DNA of 64,000 bases, taken from Eledone cirrhosa (Eukaryota). The stretch is taken from the NCBI GenBank assembly GCA_964016885.1, contig OZ024745.1:132370001-132434000 (forward strand), in the 5' to 3' direction. A program made the translations under genes and the position numbers. The number at the start of each line of letters is the position of its first letter. The first letter of the stretch is position 1. Below, one piece after another: positions 1 through 13,431 of the stretch. The notes below the pieces were generated by a model. It ran no database searches. It had not been told where the DNA came from and saw only the letters and a list, made by a program, of their open reading frames with translations.

Positions 1-288
1 AATAAAAAACACAACATATAAATATACATCCATCACTATATATACACATACACACATATATATACATACACACACATATACTCACGTATATATATATGTA
101 TATATTTTAAAAAGTCCGAACTGTATATATATATATTTATACATATATATACATATATACATATATATATCTATATATATCTATATCTATATATATATAT
201 ATATAACATTTTAAGTACACTGAGATGCTACCAGTACCTAACAAGGAAAACTTATGCTAGTCCCGTTAACCTCTTATTATATATATAT

Positions 289-370
<82 letters not shown>

Positions 371-677
371 AATATGGCATTTGAAAGTCGTATGTAACTT
401 GTATATTTTTCCGACTTCTGTGCTCTACGTTCAAATCTTTCTCCTGTCAAACTTCTCAACAATCCTGTTGGAACGAGCTTTATTAAAGCATCTGTTGAGG
501 TACCATGTCGTATCTATTTCGGTTCTGTGCTTTCAGATTTTAAATCCCACCCCCTTGTCACCGGAAACTCTGTGATAGGCTTGAGAATCTTTAAACGGCC
601 AGCCAAGTATTCTAGGTGATTACACACCTGTTAAAAAATAATCAAGTAAGACTGCCATGGCCTGTACACGCACTTCA

Positions 678-714
<37 letters not shown>

Positions 715-1293
715 TGGCATCAAAAGTAGATGGTAATACATGACCAGCGACATATCCCCACGATTTCCATAACTAAACCTAAGATGGTATGAACATGTGA
801 TGAAGTCACATGCATAACCATGTAACAGAAATATACATCATGCAATGAAGCAATTAAGGTGAATCAACGACGTCTTAACAACTTTTAATTAATATATATA
901 TATGTATATATATATATATCGAATGTAGAAAAGTAACACACGAGTTGATATAGATAAAAACAAATAGTAGAAAGGAAAAATATCTTTTCAGTAGAAAATG
1001 CTGAAGAGATTCTTTCAGTGTAATATCAAAACATTTATATATTTTTAAAGAGGATATTTCCGCGTTTAATAATGGCACCGGTCTCAGCATTATATGCATT
1101 GTCAACTGCGGATATGCATAATATGGTTATGTTCCATATTTATACAAATAATAATAATAAAAAGGGGAGGAAAAATTATTAATTTTTACATACATATTTA
1201 GAGAGGAGAGTTCAAATCTCTGTCCGCGTTTGTCCTTTTTACTCTGTTAGTTGGCTGATATACATGAAATTAATAAATGAAACAATCAAAACA

Positions 1294-1368
1294 CGGTTAT
1301 ATTAGGTTCATACTTGATGGAAATGGCCCCCCCCCCCATTTCCATCAAGTATGAACCTAATATAACCG
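1294..1368. repeat. Perfect inverted repeat (33-bp arms, poly-C loop) abutting an HHR
   Basis: cggttatattaggttcatacttgatggaaatgg / ccatttccatcaagtatgaacctaatataaccg. Confidence 0.95.
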
Positions 1369-1372
1369 GGGG

Positions 1373-1406
1373 TCGACGTTTCGGACAGAAGTCCTTCTTC
1401 TGGAAA
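1373..1406 (-). ncRNA. Minimal type I hammerhead ribozyme motif (variant core CAGAAGA), stem I truncated
   Basis: Minus strand: TTTC-CAGAAGA-A-GGAC ttct GTCC-GAAA-CG-T-C|GA. Palindromic stem III ACGT, GUC site; broken 2 nt after the site by the junction. Confidence 0.65.
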
Positions 1407-2219
1407 GTTAGGATAAGGATAGAACAGATACAGGTAATTGTAGTTAGAGAAAGTTAGGAAAGGAAATTGAATTTAAAAAAAAGTAAAAATGAAAAGTAAT
1501 AGGCAGGGGGGACGATGGTGGAAAGTAGCTGGGTTACTTAGGTGTGTTGTGTGTCGAATGCGAGAACGTGTGCGTATATGTAGCTATACAAACTAAAGAA
1601 ACGCGTACTCTACTTATTGTATGAGTTTATATTTATTTGCTTATAGTAACAGTATGATTCAGAATTGTAATACTTCAGAACTGTAGGAAATACTCTCGTG
1701 ATCGTTAAGTTCCGATCGAAAAGGCTTTGGCAGCTTCTAAAGAATGTTGATACTTATTGAATATTGAGTAAGGTTATATCAGATTACGTGGTGATATCAA
1801 TGTCTAGCTAATGCAGCCAGCTTCCGTTGGTTTCTGCTTGACCGAACTGTTATTGAACCAAACTCTTGACACGACAACCACCAACTACTGCTGGACAAGA
1901 CTGCTACTAGTTTTAGCGCAGAGAGGTGTTAATGGCTGCTGCTCGGATAAATCTAAATTTACAGACAGCTACTGAATAGGACCTTTGCCACAATCAGCAG
2001 AATTAGTTTTCAATATGTCAAATAGGTATTTTAATGTCATTATTGAAAGTTTCAGTATCGGAGCAGTGTTGGCTGCCCACTCGTGCGAGCCTCACAAGGT
2101 GGAGTAGCTGTTCCAGTGCCCCTTCCTCTCCGTCCTCCGGAGCAATGTATTCTCCATCCTGTTGGCCGGGACCCAGAGTTAGTTGGTGGTGGAGAATACT
2201 CGTTCGGGCGTCACACATT

Positions 2220-2775
2220 TCTTATATTTGGAAAGGTCTCAATTGTTTTCTAGTCAGTTTCAGTAATGCGAAGAGAAAACAACTTCTTATTAAGAGATAT
2301 AACTAGCTGCTACAATATATCCAGCCTCTCGTTGAGGCAAGATAATACCTGTGGGTTAACGGGGATTAATGAAAGCTCTACCCTATCTTATAGTAAACAT
2401 ACGATATCTCTGTTTTCGGAAAGTCGTGTCACAGGCTGACAAGGGAGTGTTTTCTCTGTTTCTGGATCTGAAGTAATGTATATGATGAGTGAATATTGAC
2501 ATCACATCATTCGCTCTACCTAGAGTGTATTACCTAGAGTTACCATGAGGTAGGACAAGAGTTGGTGTGTAAACCACAACTTGTAAATGCAAAGTCCTCT
2601 CAGTGGACAGGTGGTTCAACTCCTCCAGCAGGAAGTAGGTGCTAATTGTAAATCTCATAAACCCTTAGCGTTACTAAACAAGCAGAACGAATCAACCTTA
2701 TTTAAACGATGTTAAAGGTTTTTTTACTCAAAATCTCTCGGGAGAATATTTTCTACCTCCTGGAATCTTTAAGTA
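2220..2775 (+). mobile_element. Possible highly decayed Penelope-like RT N-terminal region
   Basis: Motif-like fragments in the expected order: KGLN (about 2235), ADKG (about 2435), FYLL (about 2752); many stops. Confidence 0.25.
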
Positions 2776-2837
2776 ATTTAACACTGGATTAAACTGTTTC
2801 ACAAACTAATATATACATATGAATGGAAATAGCCGGA

Positions 2838-2966
<129 letters not shown>

Positions 2967-2971
2967 ATATA

Positions 2972-3026
<55 letters not shown>

Positions 3027-3028
<2 letters not shown>

Positions 3029-3192
3029 GGGGTGTAGCTTGGAGTTACCTCAGGTTCACCCGGGAGAGCACGCGATGTTTAGGTTCACTTCTGTAATGAG
3101 GTGTAGAGCTATGAAGAGTGTAATATATTGAAAGGATAACAAGGACGATTGGTTACTCCTTCATTACATTTATTGGTATGTGACGCGTGTTT
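3027..3192 (-). mobile_element. Penelope pLTR-like 3' end, inverted, abutting (TA)n
   Basis: Homologous to 8722-8890; begins at an HHR 3' remnant (AAA-CACGCG-TC). Confidence 0.6.
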
Positions 3193-3868
3193 TAAAGGGT
3201 CCGTAGCACGCACACACACAAGATAGCAGCTACAATACGTAGAGACGGACCATAGAACGATACAGACCACATCAGAACACACAAAACCCTTGCGACTGAC
3301 CACAGCACCACCATGCACGCACCAAGCCATAATAACCATACTAAACGCCGCAAGGCCAGAAGTCGAATGGTGAATTGGTACAACGCCCCATACTCGATAC
3401 ACGTCGCTACTAATATTCCAGGAATCTGCTTCATGGCCGTTGACGAATCTTTTCCACCCATACACAAATACCAGAAGCTTTTTAACATACATTCAATAAA
3501 ATTCTATTTCTCCACTGCACCCAACCTAGCTGACACCGGAGGACCAAAACATAACCAGGCACCTCAATCAATATTTAATACAACAGAAAATAACAGCATA
3601 CAAACCATACACAACATTGAACACTAACACACCAACACTGACCCCATTGAGACAGACCAGCTCCAACAACATGCCACTAGCACAACGATTGATAGATGCA
3701 ATTGCAAAAAACGAGTGGAGTGCCCATTGGGAAACGGGTGCCTTAATAAGAACATCGTCTACCAGTGTGATGCTGTGACTAACCAGAAAAAATAGACTTA
3801 CATCGGTGCAACATCAAATACATTTAAGGAGCGGCTTTACAACCACAGAACCTCCTTCAATAACAGAT

Positions 3869-3870
<2 letters not shown>
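3193..3870 (+). mobile_element. Penelope-like element (Naiad-type) linker and GIY-YIG endonuclease remnant
   Basis: RKARSRMVNWYNAPYSIHVATNI...FPPIHKYQKLFN (ORF 3313-3627), then CNCKKRVECPLGNGCLNKNIVYQC...K*TYIGATSNTFKERLYNHRTSF (about 3698-3860): CxCx5C motif plus IVY/YIG/R/H; ends in (TA)n. Confidence 0.88.
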
Positions 3871-3904
<34 letters not shown>

Positions 3905-3967
3905 GTAAATAAAAAGAATTTGCATAAAATTAGCAGTTGAAAATTGCGAACAAATATCGTCAGCACC

Positions 3968-3972
<5 letters not shown>
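3905..3972 (-). mobile_element. Tc1/mariner-like terminal fragment
   Basis: Minus strand starts TA|CAGGGTGCTGACGAT, a Tc1-like terminus inside a TA tract; no partner TIR seen. Confidence 0.35.
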
Positions 3973-4047
<75 letters not shown>

Positions 4048-4986
4048 CAGAGGCACTCGGCGTTGCTGCTCCGGAATGAAAGTGTTCTTTATATATATTA
4101 GACGGAGAAAGCAAACATGTATAGAAATTTGTTATTCTAAATTCCATTTATTCTTCAACTGAGGTACATGATGAGATCAATTCTGAATTCGGGGAGATAA
4201 ATTATATCACTTAAGTTGAAAGAAATTACGTAACAGCTTCTGGGTAAACAACTTTCTTTTGCTTTATGGTTCGGATCATAGACAAATAAGTCTTGTAAAC
4301 AACCCACCCTGGAGCAACCAACATAAAGTTAACCATGAGAAAAGGAAGATTAATGTAAGTGCAAACCAGTAGATTTCAAAGTCTGACCTTCAGCTTTATT
4401 GATAGACATTGTGAAGCAATGTCGCACTGGAAATTGTATTTCAAATGGCATGTCTATTGGTTTGATTGGAATTCTTGTAACGAAAACATCTTCCCCAGAG
4501 GGACACCCAGTGATGATGGTAGCTTCTATTACATTAGGTGATAATGTCTTCGCAACTAACCTTGTCCTATTGCATAATTTAGGCGGATCTAAATTTCTTA
4601 AACGCATTATTGAGACTCCAAACTGCAGAAAAGTTTCTGGCTTCAGGAGTTTCAGAAGTTTCCAAATTTCAGGAACATTTTCAGGAAAAGTTCCAGGTGG
4701 CTCAAGAGAAATAAAAAAGAAACTGTCAGGTAGTGGACAGCTTGATATTCATCAAAGAGTGAATCAATTAATTTGTACTCCTAATTACTGTTGGAATCTT
4801 ATCATTAGCTCATGGTTAATCTTTTGCTACTGTCTCATTTTTGTGGAGCAGTGATTGCCCTTTCACACAACAGTTTGTGTGAATTATAATGATTACTTAA
4901 GTCTGGAAATACCATGTTCTTCAATTCAGCTGGTGAATCCATCATGCTGGCAATATGAGCCAAGTTGATATAACCATTACAAACAA

Positions 4987-5633
4987 CTAGCAGAAAAACC
5001 ACTCTTCGGGTGGTTTTCCGCTAGCATGTGTAGTATGTATATTGATATTATACGCAAGTATATATGCATGTAGATATGATACATCAAATAAAATCGTAAT
5101 TGACAATATACACAGAAATTGAAGAGAGACTGTGTTACACTGTATTCTGTAATCAGTAAAGTAATCCATGATACATTTAAAAAAAGACGATATTATATAT
5201 AAACTGCATTAGGAGAAAATTAGCGAGAAAATTAGCGAGAAAATTAGCGAGAAAATTAGCGAGAAAATTAGCAACTGAAATATATGCGATATTTTTATAA
5301 GTGTTATAATATAACGGCCGCTAACCGGAAGTGTTGACATTTGAAAATGTTAAAGAAGTGAATTTTAAAGATCTTTAAATAAGCTATAAAATATATTTAA
5401 TCAACAGCCACGAAATTTAGCACATAACTTATGTAATATTCATTCTAACTTTGCCTTTCATCCTTACGGGGGTCGATAAAATAAAGTACCTGTAATGTAC
5501 TGGGATAATTGCGGACCTTGTGCCAAAAGTAGAAACAATTATTCATTCAAAGTAATCCAACTTATTTTACAAACGGGGTAAAAAATTATATACTGGATGC
5601 AATCCCGTACTTCTTTCTTTATTATAGTTAAGA
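4987..5633 (-). mobile_element. Non-autonomous Helitron nested in the helicase gene
   Basis: A|TCTTAACTATAATAA 5' end at 5633; 3' hairpin GAAAACCAC..GTGGTTTTTC followed by CTAG|T at 4987; removal restores the host frame (GNGAVL-I-VCNGYINL); contains a 12-bp tandem at about 5210-5272. Confidence 0.85.
5446..5543 (+). mobile_element. tRNA-derived SINE, 5'-truncated
   Basis: ctttgcctttcatccttacggggtcgataaaataaagtacc...gtagaaacaatta; same family as 49093-49279. Confidence 0.9.
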
Positions 5634-8398
5634 TTAGTACTGCTCCATTTCCTATTTGAAGGAGTCGGGTTGAAAACTGTTCTGTACATTGGTTCCAGTG
5701 TAATAAAGCTCGTGTCTTAGTATTGAAGGAGAACGTCTGTACTTTATTCCATTGCAGTGAAGGCGTAATGACTGTTTTTATTTCATCAGCTCTTGTTTCT
5801 CTCGGAATGACTGGTAATGTCTCTCTGAAGTCTCCTGATAAAACTAATGTAACTCCTCCCATAGATGTATTGATGTCTCTTATGTCTTGTAAGGTCTTAT
5901 CAAGACCTTCCATTGCACCTCTTTCTGACATAGTGCATTCATCCCAAATGATCAGGTGACATTGGCGCAACATTTCTGTTGAACTTGTGCCTTTGCTTCT
6001 GTTACAAATTGGACTGTTAGTTGTGACCAGGTTTAGCGGTAATTTAAAAGCAGAATGAGCTGTTCGTCCTCCTGCAAAAAGGGTAGCAACAATGCCAGAC
6101 TGTTCTACAGCAAGTGAAAGTCATTACCTTGGAGGGAAGCAATGTTGTTACAAATGCCTTTACCTGTGCCATCTGGAGCATCACGAAAGAAAATAATTCT
6201 GACTGAAGAAATGATTTCATAATATTCCCAGCGTTCTTCTGGAAGACGTTTAGGCACAGATTCATTCACAAATGCATTCAACTTTGTGATGTTATAATTT
6301 GACGGTTTGTTTTTGGCAGTCCCGAACCAGACTCATGCAAATTCTTGCCTCCCATGACCTAAATTGATCCTCAATTTCAATCAGTGTTTGATTGAAAATT
6401 TCTTCACAGAAGTGAACAATATTTATACCTGGGTTTGCCTGTTGGACTGCATTCTTCAAGCCCCCATCCATGGCCCCTTGATATTTCAGTCAATGCAAGG
6501 TCCTAATGATCATCATTTTCTAACAAGCCTTTTTGATAGCATGCTACCCTATAAGTTTCACACTCATGACCATTTACTTACCTCAAATCTTGGAATGATT
6601 TGGAACCCCGTACCTCATGCAATATGATCAGTTGAATGATGGCTGGGTGTCTGTCATGAATGGGAAAAAGATGCACCAAAACATTTCATTGTTACTGATG
6701 TATCTTCCTCTCTCCTACTGAGCAACTTCGTCATTTTTATTTATCTGCTGACTGACATTCTGCATAAGGGTGTATGTTGCAGCATCTAAACCTTTGTTTA
6801 TATATTTGCAAACATACTTAATAGACTTAACAAAATTGCAGAAATCAACATTGATATGGGCTTTTTGCAAGAGGAGGACAGAAGGGTATAAACCATCGAT
6901 TGTCAATGATGAATTCTTGCCCATTTCTCCTTATTTTTTCGAAGTGAATCATCCTTGTACAGGTTTTCCTCTCCTGTAAATGGGGTAGCCATATTTTCCA
7001 GTTTTGCTTTTTGCCTAGGAGGTCATGGGTGGTTCTTGATACACATTTTGTCCCTCATGCATGGTGAGGATCGATTAATTGAAGTACAGTGCACCTGAAT
7101 CATCTGCGATCTGACATTTTCATGCAGTAAAGGATATTATGTAACCAAACCAAAATGTGGGCATGTGGCAATCCTTGTGTTTGCCATTCAATTGTGTACA
7201 TGTCACGTTTGATTGGTCCAAAGTCTTTGCTCTTTTTTAGGAAATCCATCAGATTTTGACTTTAAGTCTGAACACCCTAGCTATAATATCATGGCGATCT
7301 TTGGGTTCTTGATGATGATAAAGCTCAATCTTTATTTCATGGCATGTTGGGTTACATGTCAATGTAACGAAGAGGTCTGGACGACCATAGTGTCTGACAT
7401 GTAAGTGCATTTTGGGTACACTTTTGCATATACCGTGGACTTCTTGTAAATCTTGATGGAAAAATGTCACACAGCCTCTCAAAGATATCAGCAGCCAATG
7501 CTCCTCCATTACTGATTGCATCTCTCAGGTGAATGTAGTATGATGCATGGAAATCTTAAATATAAAGACGCCTTTCTTCCTCAATTTTTGCATACATATC
7601 AACTGCAAATTACTGGAAGAGCTCACGTGAACGAGGAAGAATATTGAAGTCTTACTCTCCTAATATGAAAAGGTAATCATAGAATTCCATGCAGCTTACA
7701 GATTTAGTCAGAGCAGGAGCTCTTGTTTTAAGATTTACTTGTTCAATACTAAAGTGATATCCATCTTGGTCACCAAATACACAGATAAATACTGGAGTAC
7801 ACCATCGGTCAGGTACATTTCTCTACTGCAACTTATATCCTTTTCGTTGAATAACAAAATCTCTCCTCCTATACTCCTCCAATAATTGCTGCTACTTCAG
7901 CTTTATTTATTATATTTTAAATATATTTTATATATTATCTTTATACCACACTATAATACAGTCCACTTACCCCATATTATTACAGACAATAATATACAGT
8001 CCATTTACGCCATATTATACTACACACTATAATATAATTTTATTTAATCACTCCCCCAATTTATGTATATATTTATTTATTTAATTATTTGCCAGCATTT
8101 AACTTCTATCATTTATTTCTTTATCTTCTTCATCCCCAAATATTCTTACTCTCATCACTTTTCTCTCAATGACACCGACATACTGGACATTCTATCTACC
8201 CCCCCCCCCCCATCACTCTCCTCCTCCAAACCCACCTCTAATAATAGATGTGCCCCACCATCATTTATTTATCTTCTCAATATCTTTCGTCTTTCTACTA
8301 CTTCCGCTCTCCTCTCCCAGATCCTCACACATTATTTTCTCCCCAAACCACCAATCAAAAGTAAAATTGACCACCACATATCAATGAGAACACACACA

Positions 8399-8487
<89 letters not shown>

Positions 8488-8678
8488 TATCGGTGTACGG
8501 TAATCATTCCGTCATCATTAATCTAACAGAAGTTTGATGAACTTTTGATTCCAGAGTCGAATAGATAGAGATCGAACCTTGAGCTGATAAATCGCAAAAC
8601 GTGCATCACACCTGAATGAACTTAATGAAAATTTGACACCTCGTCCATACTTATTATACACACAGATACACACACACA

Positions 8679-8721
<43 letters not shown>

Positions 8722-8723
<2 letters not shown>

Positions 8724-8890
8724 AGGAGTGTAACTTGGAGTTACTGTAGGTTCACCCGGGTGAGCACTCGATGTTTAGGTTCACTTCAGTGTCGAGATGT
8801 AGAGCTAGACAGAGTATAATATATTGAAATAGAATAACAAGGACGATTGGTTACTCCGTCATTACGCTTATTGGTTGGTGACGCGCGTTT
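8722..8890 (-). mobile_element. Second copy of the pLTR-like end at 3027-3192
   Basis: Colinear similarity to 3027-3192; also follows (TA)n and stops at the same HHR remnant (AAA-CGCGCG-TC). Confidence 0.7.
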
Positions 8891-9020
8891 TGCCACTGAC
8901 CAGATCAAGGTTCGATCTGTATCGATCTATCCCAACTCTGTAATCCGCGGCTCCTCAGACCCCTTACAATGGTGATGGGAAAACGAATATATATATATAT
9001 AGGTGTGTGTGTGTGTGTGT

Positions 9021-9053
<33 letters not shown>

Positions 9054-9147
9054 TATCAGTGTCTGGATAACGGCTGAGTGAAAGAGCTACTCAGTACCGA
9101 ATTAGAATTTTAATATTCATTTTTGTTAAGGCTAAAAGGTGAGTCCA

Positions 9148-9233
9148 GTTACTCTGGAGTTTCACCTGTTTATGACGACAGGGTGATCAGAGTTTGATAA
9201 CCCTGTGATAAACAAGTGGATCTCCAGAGTAAC
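9148..9233. repeat. Imperfect 86-nt hairpin
   Basis: gttactctggag..cacctgtttat..acagggtgatca / tgataaccctgt..ataaacaagtg..ctccagagtaac. Confidence 0.85.
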
Positions 9234-9399
9234 AGAGAGTGCCGTGCCATTACTTCAATATTATCTCGCTAGCTTCCAAAAACGTAAATAGATCTTCGTT
9301 GGTTTCAACGATGCGTATTAAATTGTTTAATCAAGCGAATAACGGTTTAAGGGGCTGAGTATTTGATAGACGCGGGTAGACCCTTAACAAAATCCTTAG

Positions 9400-9680
9400 A
9401 CAGGATCCGTGTGACGCAGTGGGCGGCAACTCTGGGCTGTTGTATTACAGGTATAATCCATCCAGTAGCTTCTGTTCAATTCTGGGCCATCCACATTCAG
9501 TCACGAGGCACGTATCAGCTTGAGGCAATGGTAAATAAACAACAACATAAAGAAAACAAAAAATACTTGCTCGACATACTAGCAGTGTGATGGAACGCAG
9601 GGCCGTCTGTTTGAGAAACAACCTTATTAAACATTTCGCCATGCTGCGTGCATGATAATTTCCTGAAGTCATATAAACTC
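9400..9680 (-). mobile_element. Possible Tc1/mariner DDE transposase remnant
   Basis: Minus-strand VVSQTDGPAFHHTA (cf. FQQDGAPxHTA) and PELNRSYW (cf. SPDLNPxDY). Confidence 0.3.
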
Positions 9681-9690
9681 TCTCACACTA

Positions 9691-9743
<53 letters not shown>

Positions 9744-9892
9744 ATTATTTCTGAAGACGGCATATATGTGTGTTTGGTATGTATATTTAATCTTGATAGT
9801 TTGTATAATTTTGTATAATTTTGTACATAGATCTGTTGAATATGCATGCCAATTCTAACACATATATATCCTAGAAACGATCGTTAAATAAT
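9744..9892 (+). ncRNA. Type I hammerhead ribozyme motif with a very long stem-loop II
   Basis: Stem I ATTATTT/AAATAAT; CTGAAGA 9751-9757; stem II ggcatatatgtgtgtt/aacacatatatatcc; GAAA 9874; palindromic stem III ACGATCGT; H17=U. Confidence 0.75.
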
Positions 9893-9969
9893 GAACTTTT
9901 TTTGTTTAATATAAGGAACTGTTTCATTGTTTTATTCATTATTTTTTTAATATTTTATATATATATATA

Positions 9970-10318
9970 TATATTAATAAAAGGAATTCCAACTTTGTCT
10001 GATTTACTCGTTTTATATACAATCCTTTAAAATTTATAATGGTATTAGAATGAAATAGTATTGTAGAATATTAAATGTTAATTGAACAAGTACTTTCATG
10101 CTTTCGCAATCTTCAGGTTCATATTGTGTGGTGACAGTCAAGTTTACAATTTTCAACTAACAGTTGAAAATTGCAAACTTGACTGTCACCACACAATATT
10201 GTTCAATTAACATTTAATATTCTACCATACTATTTCATTCTAATACCATTATAAATTTTAAAGGATTGTATATAAAACGAGTAAATCAGACAAAGTTGGA
10301 ATTCCTTTTATTAATATA
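9970..10318. repeat. Fold-back element, about 155-bp arms, with a 32-nt bulge in the left arm
   Basis: Near-perfect inverted repeat centred at about 10160, flanked by (TA)n. Confidence 0.95.
10083..10121 (-). ncRNA. Minimal type I hammerhead ribozyme
   Basis: TGAAC-CTGAAGA-T-TGC gaaa GCA-T-GAAA-GTAC-T-T|GTTCA: 5-bp stem I, palindromic stem III AGTACT. Confidence 0.85.
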
Positions 10319-10345
10319 ATCTTCTATACACAATCATACACACCC

Positions 10346-10387
<42 letters not shown>

Positions 10388-11064
10388 CTTTTCTCTCTTT
10401 CGCCCCCCCCCCCCCCCCTCTCTCTTTATTTTTCTCTCCCCCTCTAATGACAAACGAATCCCATTATAAGGATACTTATACTGGAGAGATAAAACGCACC
10501 ATTACAGGCAATCAACCGCCCCCTGTTATTGAGACATTAACTTGACCAAAAGTCAATGGAATTGAAACAATGGAGGAACACCGCATTAAATACCTTATGG
10601 CACTAACTTCCACTTTCTACGTTTTCAGTTGAAATCTTTTAATCTAAGTTGGGTCGATAAAATGCATATCAATTTTGCACTGTGGTCGATTTGATCGATT
10701 ATACCACGCCTTATATATTTATTACCATTTACTTGAAGTAAGAAATCAATATTCACGTTAATAAGGTCAATAGGGCACATTAAACAAAGCGCTACAGCAG
10801 TTAGTTTACAGTTTCGATATCCATGCTTCAACTCTCACCTAGGTCGATTTAATTTGGCATCAATTAAATATGTATCAGCGATAGACTGTAGTTGATTCTG
10901 TAGATTATATAACCTTCTCCAATAACTATTGACCTTGTATCTAAGTAATAAATCAATGTAATCGTGACCATGTCAGGAGCGGTGTAATAAGATTGTGAGA
11001 GACTGCAAGTGGCGATCTCGACTCTCTCGCTATTTATTGTTAGAGGCATGTGAAATGAAATTCA

Positions 11065-11104
<40 letters not shown>

Positions 11105-11108
<4 letters not shown>

Positions 11109-11320
11109 AAAAAGGGATGAAATCGAAAATGCAACTGAAGTCTTATTTTTTTAAAAAATATATATATTTATTTGGTTCCTTTACCGGTTTCGCAGTTCTT
11201 CTGCTTTTCAAAAGGTGAGTTGAGATGGAGGGTCTGTGGTTTTTCATCTTTATACTTTCACTCGTGTAGGACACCTCGGTTATTTTTCATTTTGTAAAAA
11301 AAACCTCACTTTCTAACATA
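11105..11320 (-). mobile_element. pLTR-like element with a degenerate HHR at 11178-11215; same family as 45612-45920
   Basis: CCTT-TTGAAAA-GCAG aagaa CTGC-GAAA-CCGG-T-A|AAGG (core has 2 mismatches); lies between TA tracts. Confidence 0.7.
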
Positions 11321-11330
11321 TATATATATA

Positions 11331-11538
11331 TAGGAACGAGTAGGACCCCGACGGCTGAGCTCAAGCCGTTTCGACGGTTAATTCTGGACTTAGCCGTCAT
11401 CCAGAATTAGCCGTCGAAACGGCTTGAGCTCAGCCATCGGGGTCCTACTCGTTCCTATTACCCATTCTACAACCCTAAGTATTGAGTACTTTGGTGCGTT
11501 ATGGTCCACCTGGTTCCTTACCACATTTCCTCCGTTAT
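11331..11538. mobile_element. Fold-back pLTR-like element (family C) with HHR stems II and III
   Basis: Inverted repeat 11331-11457; GACGGCTAA..TTAGCCGTC-GAAA-CGGCT tgagctc AGCCG-T-C|GGGG; copies at 18463 and 54344. Confidence 0.85.
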
Positions 11539-11858
11539 ATATATATATATATATATAATAAAAGTGGAAAAATAAAATTAATTTCAATCATATTATTCCA
11601 TACCATATATCAGCACAAATCTGTATTTTGCATATATATATATATATATATATAAATGGAATAGAATGAAACGAAATTTCATTTCTCACTCCTAACACGG
11701 CAGTTACTTAATCCGGGCTGTTTGTTTACAAACAAACCGAGCATTAGAATAAATGTTCGGTAAACCGATACGTGCATGTATATATGTGTGCATGTATGTA
11801 TATATATTAATGCTGCTGTACGTTTGTATACATATATGTATGTACGTATACATACATG

Positions 11859-11934
<76 letters not shown>

Positions 11935-11936
<2 letters not shown>

Positions 11937-12015
11937 AATAATAATAAATTTGAAGACTAAAATCCAAAGAGGGCTCGATAAAGATAAATATATATCAAAT
12001 ATATAAGAACCATAT
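11935..12015 (-). mobile_element. Short pLTR 3' end, inverted copy of 13807-13890
   Basis: Reverse-complement similarity (gaagactaaaatccaaagagggc); abuts (TA)n. Confidence 0.7.
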
Positions 12016-12027
12016 ATATACACACAC

Positions 12028-12472
12028 GCCTCTTCATTGCTGTAGTGGAGTCTATGCTGCTGTACGGGTCTGAGACATGGATACTGACCACGAAACTTAC
12101 TCAGATGGTGGATGGGTGCTACACGAGAATGCTGAGGATGGCTCTGAACATTAATCAGTATACACTGAGGATGAAAAACTCAGAGCTGTATGGGAGCCTC
12201 CCAAAGGTCAGCTCAAAAGTGACAGACAGGAGACTGAGGTTAGCTGGACATGCTCACCGACATCCAGAGTTGACACTGCACTCAGTGGTCCTGTGGGAGC
12301 CCCTACATCGACACACTGGAAGAGGAAGACCAACGTTAACGTATGTTGATGCCCTAAGGGCAGACACTGGTATGTTGGAGACGCAGGACATGGCAGCGAT
12401 AATGAGGGACAGAGACCACGGGAGAGAACTTGTCCATGGATCTCAGGAATTTTACCCGCCGTAGAATAGAAT
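12028..12472 (+). mobile_element. 5'-truncated LINE (RTE/RTE-X-like) C-terminus with short repeat tail
   Basis: ORF 12045-12464 ESMLLYGSETW...DGCYTRMLR...RRLRLAGH...LWEP..GRGRPTLTYVD; tagaatagaat tail. Confidence 0.9.
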
Positions 12473-12480
12473 ACACACAA

Positions 12481-13431
<951 letters not shown>

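Larger units (their letters stand above)
4047..7905 (-). mobile_element. Decayed autonomous-type Helitron (Rep + Pif1 helicase), many stops and frameshifts
   Basis: Rep: ELFQ*FAVDMYAKIE, YGRPDLFVTLTCNP, DRHDIIARVFRLK, AHINVDFCNFVKSIKYVCKYINKG. Helicase: LIIWDECTM, LSGDFRETLPVI, LLQIGNG, LRNLDPPKLCNRTRL, QFPVRHCFTMSINKAEGQTL. Degenerate 3' hairpin near 4047-4075. Confidence 0.95.

Noticed and set aside
3698-3860. Selenocysteine-encoding Naiad
   Set aside because: The CxCx5C cysteines use TGC and the in-frame stop is TAG, not TGA.
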